This document shows, piece by piece, positions 23,512-37,593 of a stretch of 64,000 nucleotides of DNA (the first letter of the stretch is position 1; every line of letters starts with the position of its first letter). Made by a program: the position numbers and the translations under genes. The notes below the pieces were generated by a model, which ran no database searches, had not been told where the DNA came from, and saw only the letters and a list, made by a program, of their open reading frames with translations. Origin of the DNA: Novakomyces olei (taxonomy: Eukaryota); contig JADEYG010000012.1 in NCBI GenBank assembly GCA_016906335.1, forward strand, positions 124,001-188,000, given 5' to 3'.

Positions 23512-26500
23512 ATGTCCGCGCCCGGACACGAATGGCAGCCGGCAGACGATGGCGGCAAGTCTGCCGGTAGCGAAATTCCTGCAGAGACTGACGGCGCCAC
23601 CGATGCTGCAGGCAAAGTGCTATCAGATAGATTAAAGGCGGCTGACGAGACAGAGGCAGCACATGAGACAGATGGGTTTATAGTACCGCGTATCACTACG
23701 GGGTTCATTCCCTTGCGTATAATTGTAGGTTTGAGTATTACAATTTTGCTAATAATTGAGGTTGAGCGTATGGTGACGACGGCTTATAATGAACTTAAAA
23801 ATCTCATTCAAGCGTAAGCAGATACACACTTCAGCAGCTATTTATTATTGCTCTGATTAACGCCTTGCAGCCTTCCACGCATGTCGAATACACCGAGGAA
23901 AAGAGCTATTTTAGAGTATTTGCTGTCTACACGGCGGCAATTCATTAAGCTTCTTGTGCTTACTCGATGGACAGACGTAGCGGAACAAGTTCACCGCTGC
24001 ATTGTAAGTGCAATGTGCATGAGCCTTTTAATTAACCTGAATTTAGGACATTGTCGCATGGTTACAGTCGAAAAAGGCTTGCTTTCAGTCGCTCGTTTAT
24101 GAGCTTCAGGATCTGAGGCGGCAGCTTTCTTTTGCCCAGTAAGGAGAGACTACAAGACAAGCGACTAGATAAAATTCGATCACCATCAGTCTTTTGCTAA
24201 CACTTTTAGGGTTCGTGCCGCTGATCTTCCTACGGCGGCAGAGGTATTAACAACCGCTGGATACCCCCGACTCGAGAATGCTCCTTCACATGTGAGGAAT
24301 CATTTACGATTCAATAGTTTGCTAATCACCATTAGAAAATATACCACAGCCAGGCAGTGCTTACACCTGCCAAAATACTTGATACCCTTCGTAAGCTCGA
24401 CCGGCTTATATCGTTCCGGTTACGGCTTTACGAAACTATTCCTGCCCCCTTTGCAAACTACCGAATCGACTCAGGCAGGGTCTATTTCCATGTCGCCTAT
24501 GAGTTTTCCGTTGCTTGTTCTTTTGTGGAGGATGATTATACAAAAAGGCAGGGCTTTCAATGGTTTGTAGTTAATTGCGACCTTGAGGGAGACATGGCGG
24601 ATAAGCTAAGTGATCTTACCAGCTCCGAGATTGAAAGCCTGGCAAACGAAAAACTTGCTCAAGAAGCCAAGGCAGGTCGACCTCAGCTTGTAGCCCTCTA
24701 CGCCTTTTTACACTCGATCGCATTGAAATTCAGAGTGCTCTGTATCGCAAGGCGACTGGATGTGATATCCGGGCAGTCGCCCGACGTGGATTATAAGTTC
24801 AGCCTGGATAGGGAAAACCTTGATCTCACGATCGACTATTGGCCAGCACGCACTGTTTCCATGGAAAGCAACTCTACTTCATCAAAACCTTTGAAGCCTC
24901 AAGTCAGGGTTTTCGTTGAACAAGATTTCAAGGCGTCCGTAGCAGAACGCGTTCTCTCCCGGCGACGAAGGCACTATGATTTCGATCACAGCCGGCTCGT
25001 CTGCGTTTGGCGAAAAGACAAGGACACTGAAATGCTGGATGAGCAAGTTTTACAAGCGGCAATCAACGCTACCGACCCAATGCATCTGGTCCATGTGGTA
25101 ACAAAGGCGCATGCTTCTCATATCATCCAGCGCATCTATGATGCTCTGACAAACGAGCCCTGCTTTGCAGAGCATGTGTACCTTGAATCCTCTGTTTATC
25201 AAGAGTGCCAGCGTGTTCGAGTGGCAATTGCACCGGCTCAAGTCATGTCAATTGATGTAAATTTGAAAGACGGCCAATTAGTCTTCCACGACCAAGTCTC
25301 ACCCAAACAGCCTCACAAGCTGATTCGTGGAGCAATGGCTGCCTGTCGCTCTGAGCCTTATTCCCTTCTAAACGTGTTGAAAAGGCTGCAAATTGCCTTT
25401 GTCCAATCGCGGCTAGAGAATTTTGCTGCTCTGAACGACTACAAGATACCCAAACTACCATCCCGCGCTCTAGATGCTGGGCTGGTAGCTAAATTTCTGA
25501 AGACAAAGGATTTGGTGGGATGTTCTTTTATGACTCGCAGCGACTGGCAGCGGAATCGTGATCAAACGGTATCCCACTGGTTCGTTGTTGCTCATGTGAA
25601 TAACGCCAAAATTGTATGGTGGCTGGCTCGAATGTCTTGTTGCTCAAAGCTCACAGAGATTGACAGGTGGACAATGGACTGTGCGGATAAGCTGCAGTTC
25701 TCTTCAGCTGCAAAATCAGCCGCCTCTCCTATTGGAACTGACTGGTCTATTCCGCCCTCAAGAGCCTTTCAGTCGTTCCGCGAGCTGGTAAAGCTACGTG
25801 CACAGTTTGCAGCATTTGAAGACGGACTTATTGCGGGCAAGGTGAACTACAAATTCATTGCCTCCAAGGATTATCGGATTAATAGTGTAAGGGTCCCAGT
25901 GATGCTTGTCCAGCGAAGCGGGATCCTTCCTGCCTCGTCTTTTATCCACCAGATACTCTATGTCCGACTGCACAGGGCTGGAGCAAAGAAGAATGAAAAG
26001 AACGGAATAAATATTGCTAATAATGTTGATAATAATAATGTTGATAATTACAGTACTAATGATGATAATAATAATAATAGCGACGATATATTGCTATTAC
26101 TACAGGGCAAAGTGCGTCTGCCAAAGACGATGCAAACCTCGCCGTTTCAAGAGAACGTGCCCACACAGCCCGCAATGATTGCCGAGTCGGGCAAGCTATC
26201 TGTCGAGCAAAAAACAGGTTATTTCCAAGTAGCGTTGGACGCCAAATCAAGTGCTCCCTTTGATGAAGCTCAGCGGTACTTGCGCCACTTGGAGCATCTC
26301 TGCCGGCTGTCAGAGCACCACAATATTCCTGGAGTTCAGTACGTGGAAGGAAGCCTACTGGACGGAGTCAAGTTGATTTACAATGAAAAACAGGGCTACT
26401 GGATCCGGATGTGCCCTGTACTTGCGCCTGGTGATGCAATTTACGAAATTGAGATAGGCGGGGGTAAGAGGAACCCACATAAACGGATAGAAAGGTACTT

Positions 26501-26987
26501 GAATGCTTATTTTGCTCATTCCCACGGTGATATCCCGACAATGGTAGAAGTGCTTCGTGTTACAGAGCCCTTACTATCGGCGTTGCATGCGGTTGCCAAG
26601 CAGGAATCTGGCCGTGTAGCGGTTAGCATCGTGAGCCGATCAATGGCCATTCACCGAATTTATTATACGGTGCAGCAGCAAATGTACTGCATTCAAATTC
26701 AGTACTTTAGCCGTAAAACCGAGTCGGCTCGAGACCAGCAGGACGGTGCCTTGGACTTTGAAGGGCCCGTGTATGTTGTGCGGGACGCTGCTTCACTGGA
26801 CAACTTGAATCGTCTGGCAAAGATTGCTCTTTTTGATGATATCGCCAGTGAGGGTCTTGATCTTGACGACGATGAATTAAACGGTGCTATTATTCCGCAG
26901 GAGAGTGGACTAATAGTCACAGATCCCAGTCTCTTTGCTACTGTACTAGAGCGCGTACATGGTATGGTCCTGCAGGGCATCGCTTGA
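23512..26987 (+). CDS. MED14: Mediator subunit 14 (Rgr1/Pmc1), multi-exon
   Basis: N-terminal Med14 motifs PRIT.GFIPL..I / AYNEL.NL / KRAILEYL..TRRQFIKLLVL.RW / DLPTAAEVLTT / YRIDSGRVYFHV.YEF across five short 5' introns and a long last exon. Confidence 0.88.
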
Positions 26988-27660
26988 GCTCACGATTGCA
27001 ATAATAACTTTTGTTATTAATTGCCGACGGGTCAAGCAGGTGAAGCTCAATGCTTACAAGACTGAACAGTTATCGAGCATTATTACTTGCTGGAAATCGC
27101 ATATTATGTGTTTGCCATGTGTGCCACAAAGTGCCACGCGCTTACTATATCTACGACGGGATGTGTGTACAATGATAATTTAATATTGTTATTATAAAAT
27201 TAGCTTTCATCGCTGCGCAAAATCAATATCATGATTTAAACATTAATTGTCCTACAGCTGTATTAATAGAATCACCCTCTTGAATACATACGGGTTCCGT
27301 CCATATTCAAGGAGCCTCTGTTACGTAAATAATTTCTCGGTATTTGCCAAATATACACCGAAACGTAAAGAGTTGAGGATTAGTCAAAGACTACGTGCTG
27401 GAAGGAGGATTGTGACTCTGTTCTTTGCGAGTATAAGCTTAGCTGCTCTCCTTTCAACTGGACGCTCTATCTGATCCTAGCGTAAACCAAAATTGCGCGG
27501 TTAAATTCGTCTCTTGCTTGGATTGTGGATTTAATTCTCCACTTTTATATAACCTTGGGCCAAGTATACGAGTAGCGTGATAAAAATGTAATGTTTAAAT
27601 GCCGGCCGAAAGCATATTAAATATGTCATGTATATCAAACTGTATACTAAATATAATAGA

Positions 27661-28725
27661 TTATAAGACAGTGTTCCCTGGCTTGTAAGGCTCGATCAAA
27701 AGCTCTGAAAACTTTTTCAATGCCTCAGCACCTCTTACTTCCTGCGGCACTTGTGGCAGTTGCACGATATGAAAATCTTCATATAAATCCTGGTACTGTT
27801 CCAAATATTTTTGCTGCATTTTCTGTCGCGCCTGGCACTGTTTGCAAGACCCAGCGGGATCAAGAAGCAGCTGATTAATAACAATATTATGAGTATCAAT
27901 GCCAAAAGAAAGCAGTTCCTGAATCATTCGCTCTGTTTCGTACAGGGAAAGGAACTCGCTGATACAGACGCATACAAAAGTAGTCAATTCCGGATCTTTA
28001 AACTGCGCATGAACTTCCTTGATCGTCTCACGCATACCCTCTAGTTTACCAAACAGCTCATCCATGTTATTCATGCCCAACATAGGACCAAACTGGTTCA
28101 TTATGGGACCGAGTCGGCCCATCATTTGACTAAGACGCTCAAGAGCTTTAGTGAGCACGGCAGGAAAATTCAGAAATCGTAATGTGTGGCCAGTGGGAGC
28201 CGTATCAAAGATAATAGTGCTATACTTCATCGCCTTGAGCTGTTTCATAATCTCTGCAAACGACATAGCCTCGTCCACACCAGGTAGCGATAGAGCAACA
28301 TCTTGCATCATCCCGCTCATAGGATTAGCGTCGCCTGATTGTTAGCAAGTCAAGCTTATTCCAATATCAAAGTTAAAGACGAGACATACCTTGCTCAGCC
28401 AGTTCCTGCATACTGGACGAAGGATCAATCTCCATAGCGTAGAGGTTGTCGAAGCCAGAGATGAGAGTAGCGTCTTTACCAAACTTTTGGCCAAATGCCT
28501 TGAGGTGTTAGCAGAAATGGCGGTAATAGTGACGTGTACATCGCTGAGATTGTGGGCCGGGTCGGTCGATATAAGCAAAACTGACTCGCGCGTCTTGGCT
28601 AATTGGATTGCCAACGAGCACGAAGTAGTCGTTTTACCAACGCCGCCTTTGCCTCCACAAAAGATCCATCGGAGAGATTTCTGATCGAGTACATTTTGCA
28701 AAGTCGGCTCGCACTCGTCCTCCAT
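27661..28725 (-). CDS. GET3: GET3/ArsA ATPase for tail-anchored protein insertion (3 exons)
   Basis: [56 protein letters not shown] and a CxxC motif. Confidence 0.97.
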
Positions 28726-29160
28726 TGCGTCGCTCAATTATAATGTAGTGCAATTATGACACACTCTTCTTTTCTACGCATAAACTGGTTCACGCACAAA
28801 TACTGGCAGTAAACCCTAATCCTTATTATTACCTAGAGGCGAATCGCCAGTCGAGCAAAGATAATTGCACTTGAACGAGCGTCTAATAATTGGAAAGACT
28901 GACAACCGTCGTACGATAATCCCCCTCACTCAGGCCAATTGCTCAGGTGGTTTTATGTGCACTGAAAAGTATGGTTTTTAGCGCGAACGGCACGCTTGTA
29001 ATGATGAACGAATACGAATCAACCTTACCTACTTTTGCAGAAATAAAGTGTTGAAAAATTCGATATTTAATACTGAAACGAGCGGTGCCGTTGTGCGGTT
29101 TGCCTTTAATGCTTTATCCCCTTTTAAATACCTTTTACTAATCGTCGTCCAGGACTCAAC

Positions 29161-29711
29161 ATGGGAGAGGAAACACGTAAACTTTTTGGCGGAGCTATTA
29201 GTGCAAAAATACCGGCTTCGTATGTGGATGCCAGTCAGTTTCGTCCCGTCCCGGACAATCAGGAAGTCTTTGTCTCAATGGAAGATGGCAACGATCGGTC
29301 TATAATAATTGAAGTCCTCGAGATGGTCGACCAAGAAGCAATGGACAAAGGCGCTTTGTTTCATATGGAAGCTCTTGCTCACGACAATGACGCCTCACAC
29401 TATGAGATTCTACAAAACTATGATTTACCCACAAGGTATGATGCGTATACGTGTGTAATACTGGCTAATATAAAAGCCAATTTAAAAGGCATCGTGTGGT
29501 TGCCAAGCAGTATTTGGCAAAGCAAGGCGCAGTATACATTGTGCTTGAGCTTTTTAGATTACAAAGTAAAGCTACCGATATTGTCCTGTCTGTAAATGTG
29601 CCGGACACGGGCGACGCTGGCACTGTCCAGAAAGCAATCAGAGACACTGAAGCTTTGGAAGATGAAATTGGCACGAGTTTAGTTTTGCATGACGAACAGT
29701 TTTTGGGTTGA
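29161..29711 (+). CDS. MOG1: Ran guanine-nucleotide release factor Mog1 (2 exons)
   Basis: LFGGAI, DASQFRPVPDNQEVF, SIIIEVLE and RLQ...TDIVLSVNVP. Confidence 0.9.
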
Positions 29712-29881
29712 ATTCGTCATCACTCGCAATACTAAAAGTATCAAGGACTTGTGCATCTTTTTGCGCATTTACAGCACATCGCTCCTACACCATGCTCACA
29801 TTTGATATTCGCTTCACTTTCATTCTATAATGATTCAAAGTATATTATTTATACAATATATACATTGTGTACAAGCACATT

Positions 29882-31812
29882 TCACGCTTCACTTTGTATG
29901 GGGCGGAAAAGCCTAAAGAACGATAGAAGAGTGATACACAGAGCGTACACTCCCGCGCTGACGAGGAAGATGGTGAAAGGTGCCACGAGAATTGTCAGGT
30001 TGTATATACCAGCGAAAAAAGGCCCACGGAGAATGAGCGCCAGCGCTTCAATTACGGCAAAAGCGGACATGACGCGGCCCGTAAACTCGGCTCTCACAGC
30101 ATTTAGAGCGAGAGACTGGACTGCCGGCACGGAGATATTGCTAAAAGATTGCAGTACAACTGCAGCCAGCATTTCCGGTACATTAAGAGAGAAAGCAAAC
30201 CCGATTGCTGAGCCCGTGGCTATAGTGTATCCCAGAATTGCCACCCACAAATCACGTTTAATCACGGTAATGTATTCGTCTGTTGAGGCAACGGACCCTA
30301 TTGAGGCTGCAGTGCCTCGTCGGTCAAGAGCCGGGCGCGCGGAGAAGTACGTCGTTGGAGGCTGACTCGAATCGTTTTCACTGGACAATGCCTGCTGCTC
30401 AATGCTCCGAACAATTTCGGGTACTCCGCGATATTTTCTCAATAGAAGCCCAATCGCCTTGCTGACAAAAGGGAATATAAATGCCAGCGTGAGCGCGGAC
30501 GTCAGTGCGTCCACTGACATGAGAGCGCTCGCCTGATTGCCGTTAGAACGTAAAAAATATAAATATACAAAGATTTTGTCCTCTACTTTTTTAATTTTTC
30601 TTCTTTTCGTACCTTTATGGGCCCCCAAGACAAACGGTAATCTGTGTACAAGGGCAGCATATTCATTGCACCCGAGGAAAAAAGGGTCAGTCCAATAATA
30701 AAAGAGCAGAGTAAAACTGCCATGTGACGCCGACCAGGAGCATTGCGAGAGGCTATATCCCAATTGCCGCTGTTTGAAGCATCTCGGGGTGTCCGTTGAG
30801 GCAGAATGATCGACAAAGGCTCCACCGCACGCTTGTACATTTGACTTAGGAACCGCAACTCTGGACTATCCTCACCGGTGGGAACACGAACAAGTAATTC
30901 CTCGGCCACTGTGGCCTGGCAGGTGATGCACGACTCTGGTAGGATAAGAAACGTGTAAAAAAGGTAGAGAGTCCAGAGCGACAGGGAGATAATGTATGTT
31001 TGCTTCATGTAGCCCAATTTCTCTATAAGCAAGCCCGACGTTATCGGGCCTATGGCAGTCCCACAGTGGTAAACAGCAAAATTGATGCCCAGGAATCGAC
31101 TACGAGACTCTGAGCGCGTGCAGTCGGCAACAAAACTGTTTTGAGCAGCCGTAATAGCCGACACGTAGCCTCCCAGACCTTTAAAGACAGCACACACGTA
31201 CACTAAATGAGGCGAAAGGTTAGGCGACATTGCCATTACAAGCAGCCAGATGTCACCTGCTCCTATTAATGCTGCACAAATAGCCATAACCGGGCGCCGG
31301 CCAGCACGGTCGCTCATGCTGCCGTAAAATGATGTCATTATAACCCCGAGAAGGGCGGCAATTGTTTGAAAGACTGCTCGAATAACCGACATTTGCGACT
31401 GTATTTCGGGTGTTCGGCACATTGGCTCCGAGTAGGATAACGAACCGGGCTCAACGCCCAACACACGCTCACACACGCGTATACGCAGCAAGTAAACCAG
31501 CGGAATATCGATAAAAGCCCAACCAGCAGCGTTTAAAAAATTTAATGGCAAAACCAAAAGAGGCGACGTTCTCTGTATCTGACACGCCGGTCCGCTGGTA
31601 TCGCATCCCGTGTTGGAATCGCCAACTGGCTCCTCGCTGGGCTCAATGTTTGTTGATTTCGTAGTCCTGTTTGAAGCCTCATTCGACAGAGTCTTTGTGG
31701 GCGGTGACGTATTCGCAGGCGAGGATGATCGTGATCTATAGGGCTCATTCACTCGTTGCCGCGATGTCGTCGACGGACTGCGAGACCGCAGTAACGGAGA
31801 TCTCTCGTCCAT
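29882..31812 (-). CDS. Major facilitator superfamily transporter (intron ~30545-30612)
   Basis: Multiple TM helices, MFS motif A (GSMSDRAGRRPV), ESRSRFLG and an N-terminal ERSPLL vacuolar-type dileucine signal. Confidence 0.87.
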
Positions 31813-31965
31813 GCGGCTCAGACGTTGGGGTTGGTACAACGGCTACTTGATCTCCATACAAAACGTATTATTAGTACTATGAGCGCCGACCAAATAGATA
31901 TAGCGACCTAAATATAGCGATCATTAGTATAGTATGGCACAAGCATGCTCGTCTATTTTTCCTAA

Positions 31966-32170
31966 TTATATTATATTATATTATATTATATTATATTATA
32001 TTATATTATATTATATTATATTATATTATATTATATTATATTATATTATATTATATTATATTATATTATATTATATTATATTATATTATATTATATTATA
32101 TTATATTATATTATATTATATTATATTATTTTATTTTATTTTATTTTATTTTATTTTATTTTATTTTATT
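31966..32170. repeat. (TTATA)n followed by (TTTTA)n pentanucleotide microsatellite
   Basis: Direct observation. Confidence 0.97.
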
Positions 32171-32230
32171 TCTGCAGCCTTGTCAAGATTAAAATAATGG
32201 CCTTTTTGAAGCTCTGTGGTACATACAGAA

Positions 32231-33050
32231 TTACTTCTTAAGGTCCAGCGAGCGGTAAACCCGGCCGCGCGTAAAAGTGGCCAGACGTGTTTGATGGTTA
32301 GGATCACTTGTCTGTAAAATACGAAAAAGGTCGGTTCCCGGACCGTCAGGGTGGATATAGAACCAATGCTGTGGATTGCCCTTTCGGCCAACAGCCCGTG
32401 TCTTCAGATTAGCGAAAAGACGGCCGTTTTCACCCACGGTGGGATCAATATCGTTAACGCTACCGGTCCAAACTTTTCTCCTCGCCATCCAATCAAGCGT
32501 TTCTAATTCTAGTTGCTTGTTGCGTTCCGGCTCGTTTGCATCATAACGCGCATGAAAGACATAAGGCTTCACACACCACTGTATTAACGCGGTTGAAAGC
32601 GCACTAGCAAGAAAAGCTTGGACGTTAGATAAGACAAAGCAGCCTGCACTTACGCACGGTAGCAATGAGAGTCTGTAAGACAATACTATCGGGATTCGGA
32701 TCGATAGAGAGGATAACAGGTGCCATCATACCGGTCAAGCCGAGTGAGCCTAAACGTCAGCACAGGGAAGGAAAAAATATGGAGGACAAGAATGACAATT
32801 AATTTGCCTGTAGGCAAAAATTTGTGATAGACAAGGACGGAATTGTAAAGGCTGCTAGCGTACTTAAAGTAAATATTTTCATGCTCTTTATCGATTTTGC
32901 CAAAGGCGCTTCATAGTGCAGTACTCTTGAGTCTGTCACACTCGATTGATAACGCGCTAATGGCCGCGAAGTATTGGCCACACTGCAAAAAGCGAGGCGG
33001 CAATTAATGGCTTTGTTTGAGCAGTTGGGCGATAAGAACTGCCGTATCAT
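32231..33050 (-). CDS. Probable mitochondrial TMEM70/TMEM186-like membrane protein (multi-exon)
   Basis: Presequence-like N-terminus; YEAPLAKSIKSMKIFTLST; ST.LIQWCVKPYV; ELETLDW. Family assignment is from recall only. Confidence 0.6.
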
Positions 33051-34113
33051 GTTTATGCAAAGGTATTGGTGGGTATCACAAGGGCCAATTTCGTACAATT
33101 CTACAATTATAATTTATTATTTTTTGCTCGCAGAATCGTAATGCACCAATTTTGAATAAATAATTAAAACATGTAATGAAGGAACCGAGTAACATAGGAA
33201 AGTACAATACAGAAAATTCTTATGAGAATAATGGTCGTATGCAGTGTTTCTAAACGGATTTCGAGTTTCACTATGGCTGGTCGGATAGAATGGGAGCTGG
33301 TGTTTGAAGTTTAGGTTATTTTTGCAATAATCTGAAATTGACAGGATTGAAGTCAGACTGGCTTTAATAGTAATATGTTTATTATAGCAGCACTTTATAC
33401 AAAAATTCTAGATTAGCGTGATGCACAAGCAGCCAAAATTGATGAAATTACTGCAAACTGTAAAGTAGTTTGAACACCATTAATTGCCACTGGTTATTAG
33501 GTTTGGGGTAAATGAGGAATTATTGTTTCGTTGGCAATAGGTGCAACGCGTAGGCTACGCTCAGACTAAAAATTTCGATGAGGTACATCATGTGCAAATT
33601 GTCACAAATGGCGGTTGCTATCTTATGTAAACCGAGTTTATTCTAATATTATTCAATTATTTTCTGTCTGAGTCTCCGATAGCCCTCAACGAAACAACGT
33701 TTTATAATCCTTACGCTTCCCCATTTTCCGTAGCAAATCAGAGTCTAAGGCTAATTACCGAGAAATAAATCAGATAGGCGTTTCTAAATATAAGCATATA
33801 GTTGTAATTAACTCTGATTATTCTAATTATATCAAGGACTATTCCCATGTTATAAGAATAGCGTATCTTCTATTTTTATGCTGCCCATCCTGACCTGTCA
33901 ATTCCAAACTCGGGAATTAACCATTAGACTTTAGCCAATTGCACAGCGGGACGGCATTTCTGGGGATTCGCTTTTCGGCTAGCACTACATGAATATCAGA
34001 CGATTCACAGTGGCAAAAGCTGCAAATTTAGATCCAAAGCTTAACGACGCTGATCACGAGGTGGCACGCGGCTTAATGGAGAAATGTGTACATGCCACCC
34101 CTCTCCTGGATGG

Positions 34114-34119
34114 TATAAA
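34114..34119 (+). promoter_or_regulatory. Putative TATA box of the secreted-protein gene
   Basis: TATAAA about 120 bp upstream of the ATG at 34234. Confidence 0.45.
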
Positions 34120-34233
34120 GGCACACGAGCCCCCGACGTTTGAGTACTCACCAGACTCGAAATCCTGATTATTTCTAGTTGTATCCTCTATTCGAAAGCT
34201 TGCAATAAGTTTTTTCTCAATTTATTCTTGACA

Positions 34234-34740
34234 ATGAAGTTTACTTTGGCCGCCGGTTCAGTTTTCGCTCTTCTGAGCCTTATCAAAGCCGCTCCAAGTG
34301 GAAACAAAAATGACGGCTTTAAACTGGTTGTCTTTACTGATGATGACCTTTACCCTAGAAATATCGGAGGCCAGCACGAAACTGCTGACCAGAATATTAT
34401 TTTTAAGACAACGCAAGAAGTAGTCTGGGGGATAGAGGATGGTAAAATCTACGAGAAAAGAGCTTTGGGCCAGAAGTATTATTTGAATCTTGGAACGGGC
34501 TTAGCCTCAAATCACTATCGAGACCGCTACCTGTATTCTTCACCGTCGATCCCTGATTCATCTATAGTTGCCTTGGATTCTGCGGGAATACTGACGATTA
34601 ATGGCCAAGGGACTAAATGGATGGTTTGCCGCAATATCGGCGATCCTTACAATTACAAGGAAGCTGCTATTTTCTATAATGATACAAATAGCAACAGGGC
34701 TGACTGTGTCGGTGCATGTATTATGACAATGAAATTGTAA
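34234..34740 (+). CDS. Small secreted protein (cell-wall or effector-like)
   Basis: Intronless 168 aa. Signal peptide MKFTLAAGSVFALLSLIKA-AP; C-terminal W.VC...C. Confidence 0.75.
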   Translation: MKFTLAAGSVFALLSLIKAAPSGNKNDGFKLVVFTDDDLYPRNIGGQHETADQNIIFKTTQEVVWGIEDGKIYEKRALGQKYYLNLGTGLASNHYRDRYLYSSPSIPDSSIVALDSAGILTINGQGTKWMVCRNIGDPYNYKEAAIFYNDTNSNRADCVGACIMTMKL

Positions 34741-35828
34741 CAAAACAGGTCAAGGATGCATGGAGAACATTACGGGGGAATATAAAGGCGCCAAGCAATA
34801 GTTCGATATTTATATACAATCGAGAGTGGAGATGGACTCCGTCTATATTCGCCTACTTTACCCCAACGTCAAACCTGGGCTAAGGGGCTGCGTTAATGAA
34901 GCAATGAGATTTTCTAGTTGCCATTTTGGCTTTTATAATTCAATTAATATAACTTTGTCTTTGTACTCAATGTTCAGATGGCGACTATAGCGTAGATACT
35001 GCTTTGATTGTAGACGACCTGTCAACCCCGCAGTTATAAAGACAAACGTTATGTTGTCAATGCTTTAAACACTCTCAACCAAGGGCAATCTCTAAACAGA
35101 GCTAGCCACGTGGCCTGGAACACTTGTACCAATAAGCACTTGATGTATTGCAAACATACCTTCTTCAAAGTCTTAGGACTCTTAGCTTGACAAAACAGTG
35201 GGTTCCTTCGTCTCCTCGAGCTCAACACTTGGGTTGCGTCGCGCTGCGCAACTGTCCATGAAGGCCAATCAAAAAGCACTGCGACCACCAGTGGCAGGAG
35301 ACTAATTTTGCACGTGACTTTCCCTCATAAGAGTTGTTTAATGAAACGAAACTTCCTAAATGGGATCAGGGAAAAAGGTGCAGAAAAGTTATTTAATGCG
35401 CGAATATATTCCTAGCCAAAGACAACCAACCAACTCCTGAAACACGGATATTTTATTTTAGTGGGCTATATAAGCTATTATTCTTGCTTCAAGTAATCCA
35501 GGCTTACCAAACTAACCCTAGCAAACCCTAGCAAACCCTAAACCTAATATATGTTTGGGTTCACAAACAACCCCTCGACGCAGTACTATATTTAGACTTT
35601 GAGCAGTCTGGCAAGTAAGCAAAGGTGCCTAATAAGAAATCCAATAATCCTAAAAGGAAATACTCGTAAACATTAGTCGACGTATATATAATGTAGTAAA
35701 TAAGGAAACGCGGACCCAAACGAACGGTGGACGCGAGTAGAGTTTGAATCCCACCCAAAGGCGATAGAGTTTACGACTGCCGCTTCTCAATTGGCATTGG
35801 CCCATTACGCGCAAGTCAACGGTCCGGA

Positions 35829-37243
35829 ATGGACTTGGACGCGTTACGGTCGCAAGTCCCGTCGCAGTACGCGTCGTACTTGACGCATACAAACGCGGCT
35901 GGTATTCCAACTGGCGTTCCCGCCAGCGTGATCTCGCAGCTGCCCACACAGTACCAGGGCGTAGCGAGCCAGTTTGGCGTTGTCGCCAGCGCCACTGGCA
36001 GCAGTGCTACGCCGGCTCAGACGGGCGCCCTCGCTACTGCCAGCAGCGCCAGTGGCGCTGCTGGGCCTACAGACACGTCTACGCTCGGGCAGATAAGGCA
36101 CGCTTTTTCGAGCCCCAACAATTGTGTTCACAGCAACTGTAATTCCCTGGATCTTTTTTTAATACTTATTTGTTTGAACCAATATTATATTTTTTGAATA
36201 TTGATTTGTTTGAATATTGATTTGTTTGAATATTGATTTGTTTGAATATTGATTTGTTTGGATGTTGCTTTTTTTGTTGCTTTGTTTGACAATTATTTCT
36301 TTGAATATTGCTTCATTTGAATATTGCTCTTTTATTTTAATTAAATTGCTGTTCCAAATGCTAACAACAGGGTGCCGCATTCCGGCAGGCATACTCATAC
36401 TTATCGGCGTTATTGCACGTGAGTTTGATCAATTTTCTTCACGCTATTACAACAATATACACTTTAGTTTACGCTATCGAGTGGTTTCTGTTCAAGACTA
36501 ATTCAATAGTGGTGGCAATCATATTCTGCTCTCGGTTCTGCTGCTGTGGAACTGAATCGCGCAAACGGCGGCAAAAAGCTGCAAACGATGTGGCCGACGA
36601 GGCTTTGCAAAACCAGGCACGGACCCGTGCCGATGCTATTGGCCTGCAGACGTTTCATCCACCGCCTCCAAGCTATGCCCCGGACGAGAAAAACTATTCT
36701 CTTGTGAGCCGGGAAGTGTCACCAGCAAAATCAAATGATCGTGAAAGATTACTCGCAAGCCCACCTAGAGCACCTTTGAATTTCGACAATGAGGTTGATT
36801 TGGATGACGGGGACGATGACAGTATTTCTTCACGCAAGGCAGTTTCGCCTTCACGAACATTTGATTATAATTCATCACGGCAGATGAATGCAGGGCAACC
36901 AACCAGCTATTCTGCCTCCAATGTACAGCCTCGAGGTCTCGCTAGTTTCGGGACTCCTCCACCACGTTATGAGCCGCCATCAGGCCAACCTGATCCTTAT
37001 AATAATAGGCTGCCAGTACGGCCGCAAATGCGGCCAATTGCCCCAAAGACCCCATGGCGGCCTTCTTCTTCTATGACTTCACAACAGCGACAAGCTCGGC
37101 CCAGTCCTAATAATTTTAACAATAACATCAGCAACAACAATAATGGGAGCGGAGGCCTCGATTTCGTACCAATGGGTCAGCGGCCGAAATACCGGCCTCG
37201 GATGGCGGATTTTTACAGGGATTCTAGCAATGCTCGGTTTTAA
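35829..37243 (+). CDS. Hypothetical single-pass membrane protein (S/T/A-rich N-terminus, Pro-rich cytosolic tail; probably 3 exons)
   Basis: Hydrophobic segment AGILILIGVIA/VVAIIFC split by an intron (~36419-36509), then CCC and a basic cluster, and PPPPSY motifs. Confidence 0.65.
36192..36260. repeat. 16-bp intronic minisatellite (TTTGAATATTGATTTG), about 4 copies
   Basis: Direct observation. Confidence 0.88.
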
Positions 37244-37593
37244 TGGTGAATGTTAATGTTAGCAGCATGGCGTGATGTGTATATGGAAATTGTGCGCTCG
37301 AGGTTTAATTCTTTTTGTTAAGCAATGATATCATTTCCGATTTGGATTAGGTTTGAATAACAATTATGCTCTAGGCGAGTTATTGTAAATTTGTTGCGTG
37401 AAATATCCATTGTCGGCATAAATGTGTACAAGAAAAAAGAGTCGCAAATAAAGATTAGTCAAACAAGACTGCAAAGCCAAGTGTATTAAGCTTCTGCTCA
37501 AATTACTACTTGATCATGTTCACGTCTATAATCTAAAGTTTTGTAACAGTTCCATGTCATAACGATGCAGAATAATTCATGTCTATGTATGCA

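Noticed and set aside
31934-32197. YIILY-repeat ORF (similarly 40147-40461, 63426-63608 and 22662-22877)
   Set aside because: Artefacts of simple repeats.
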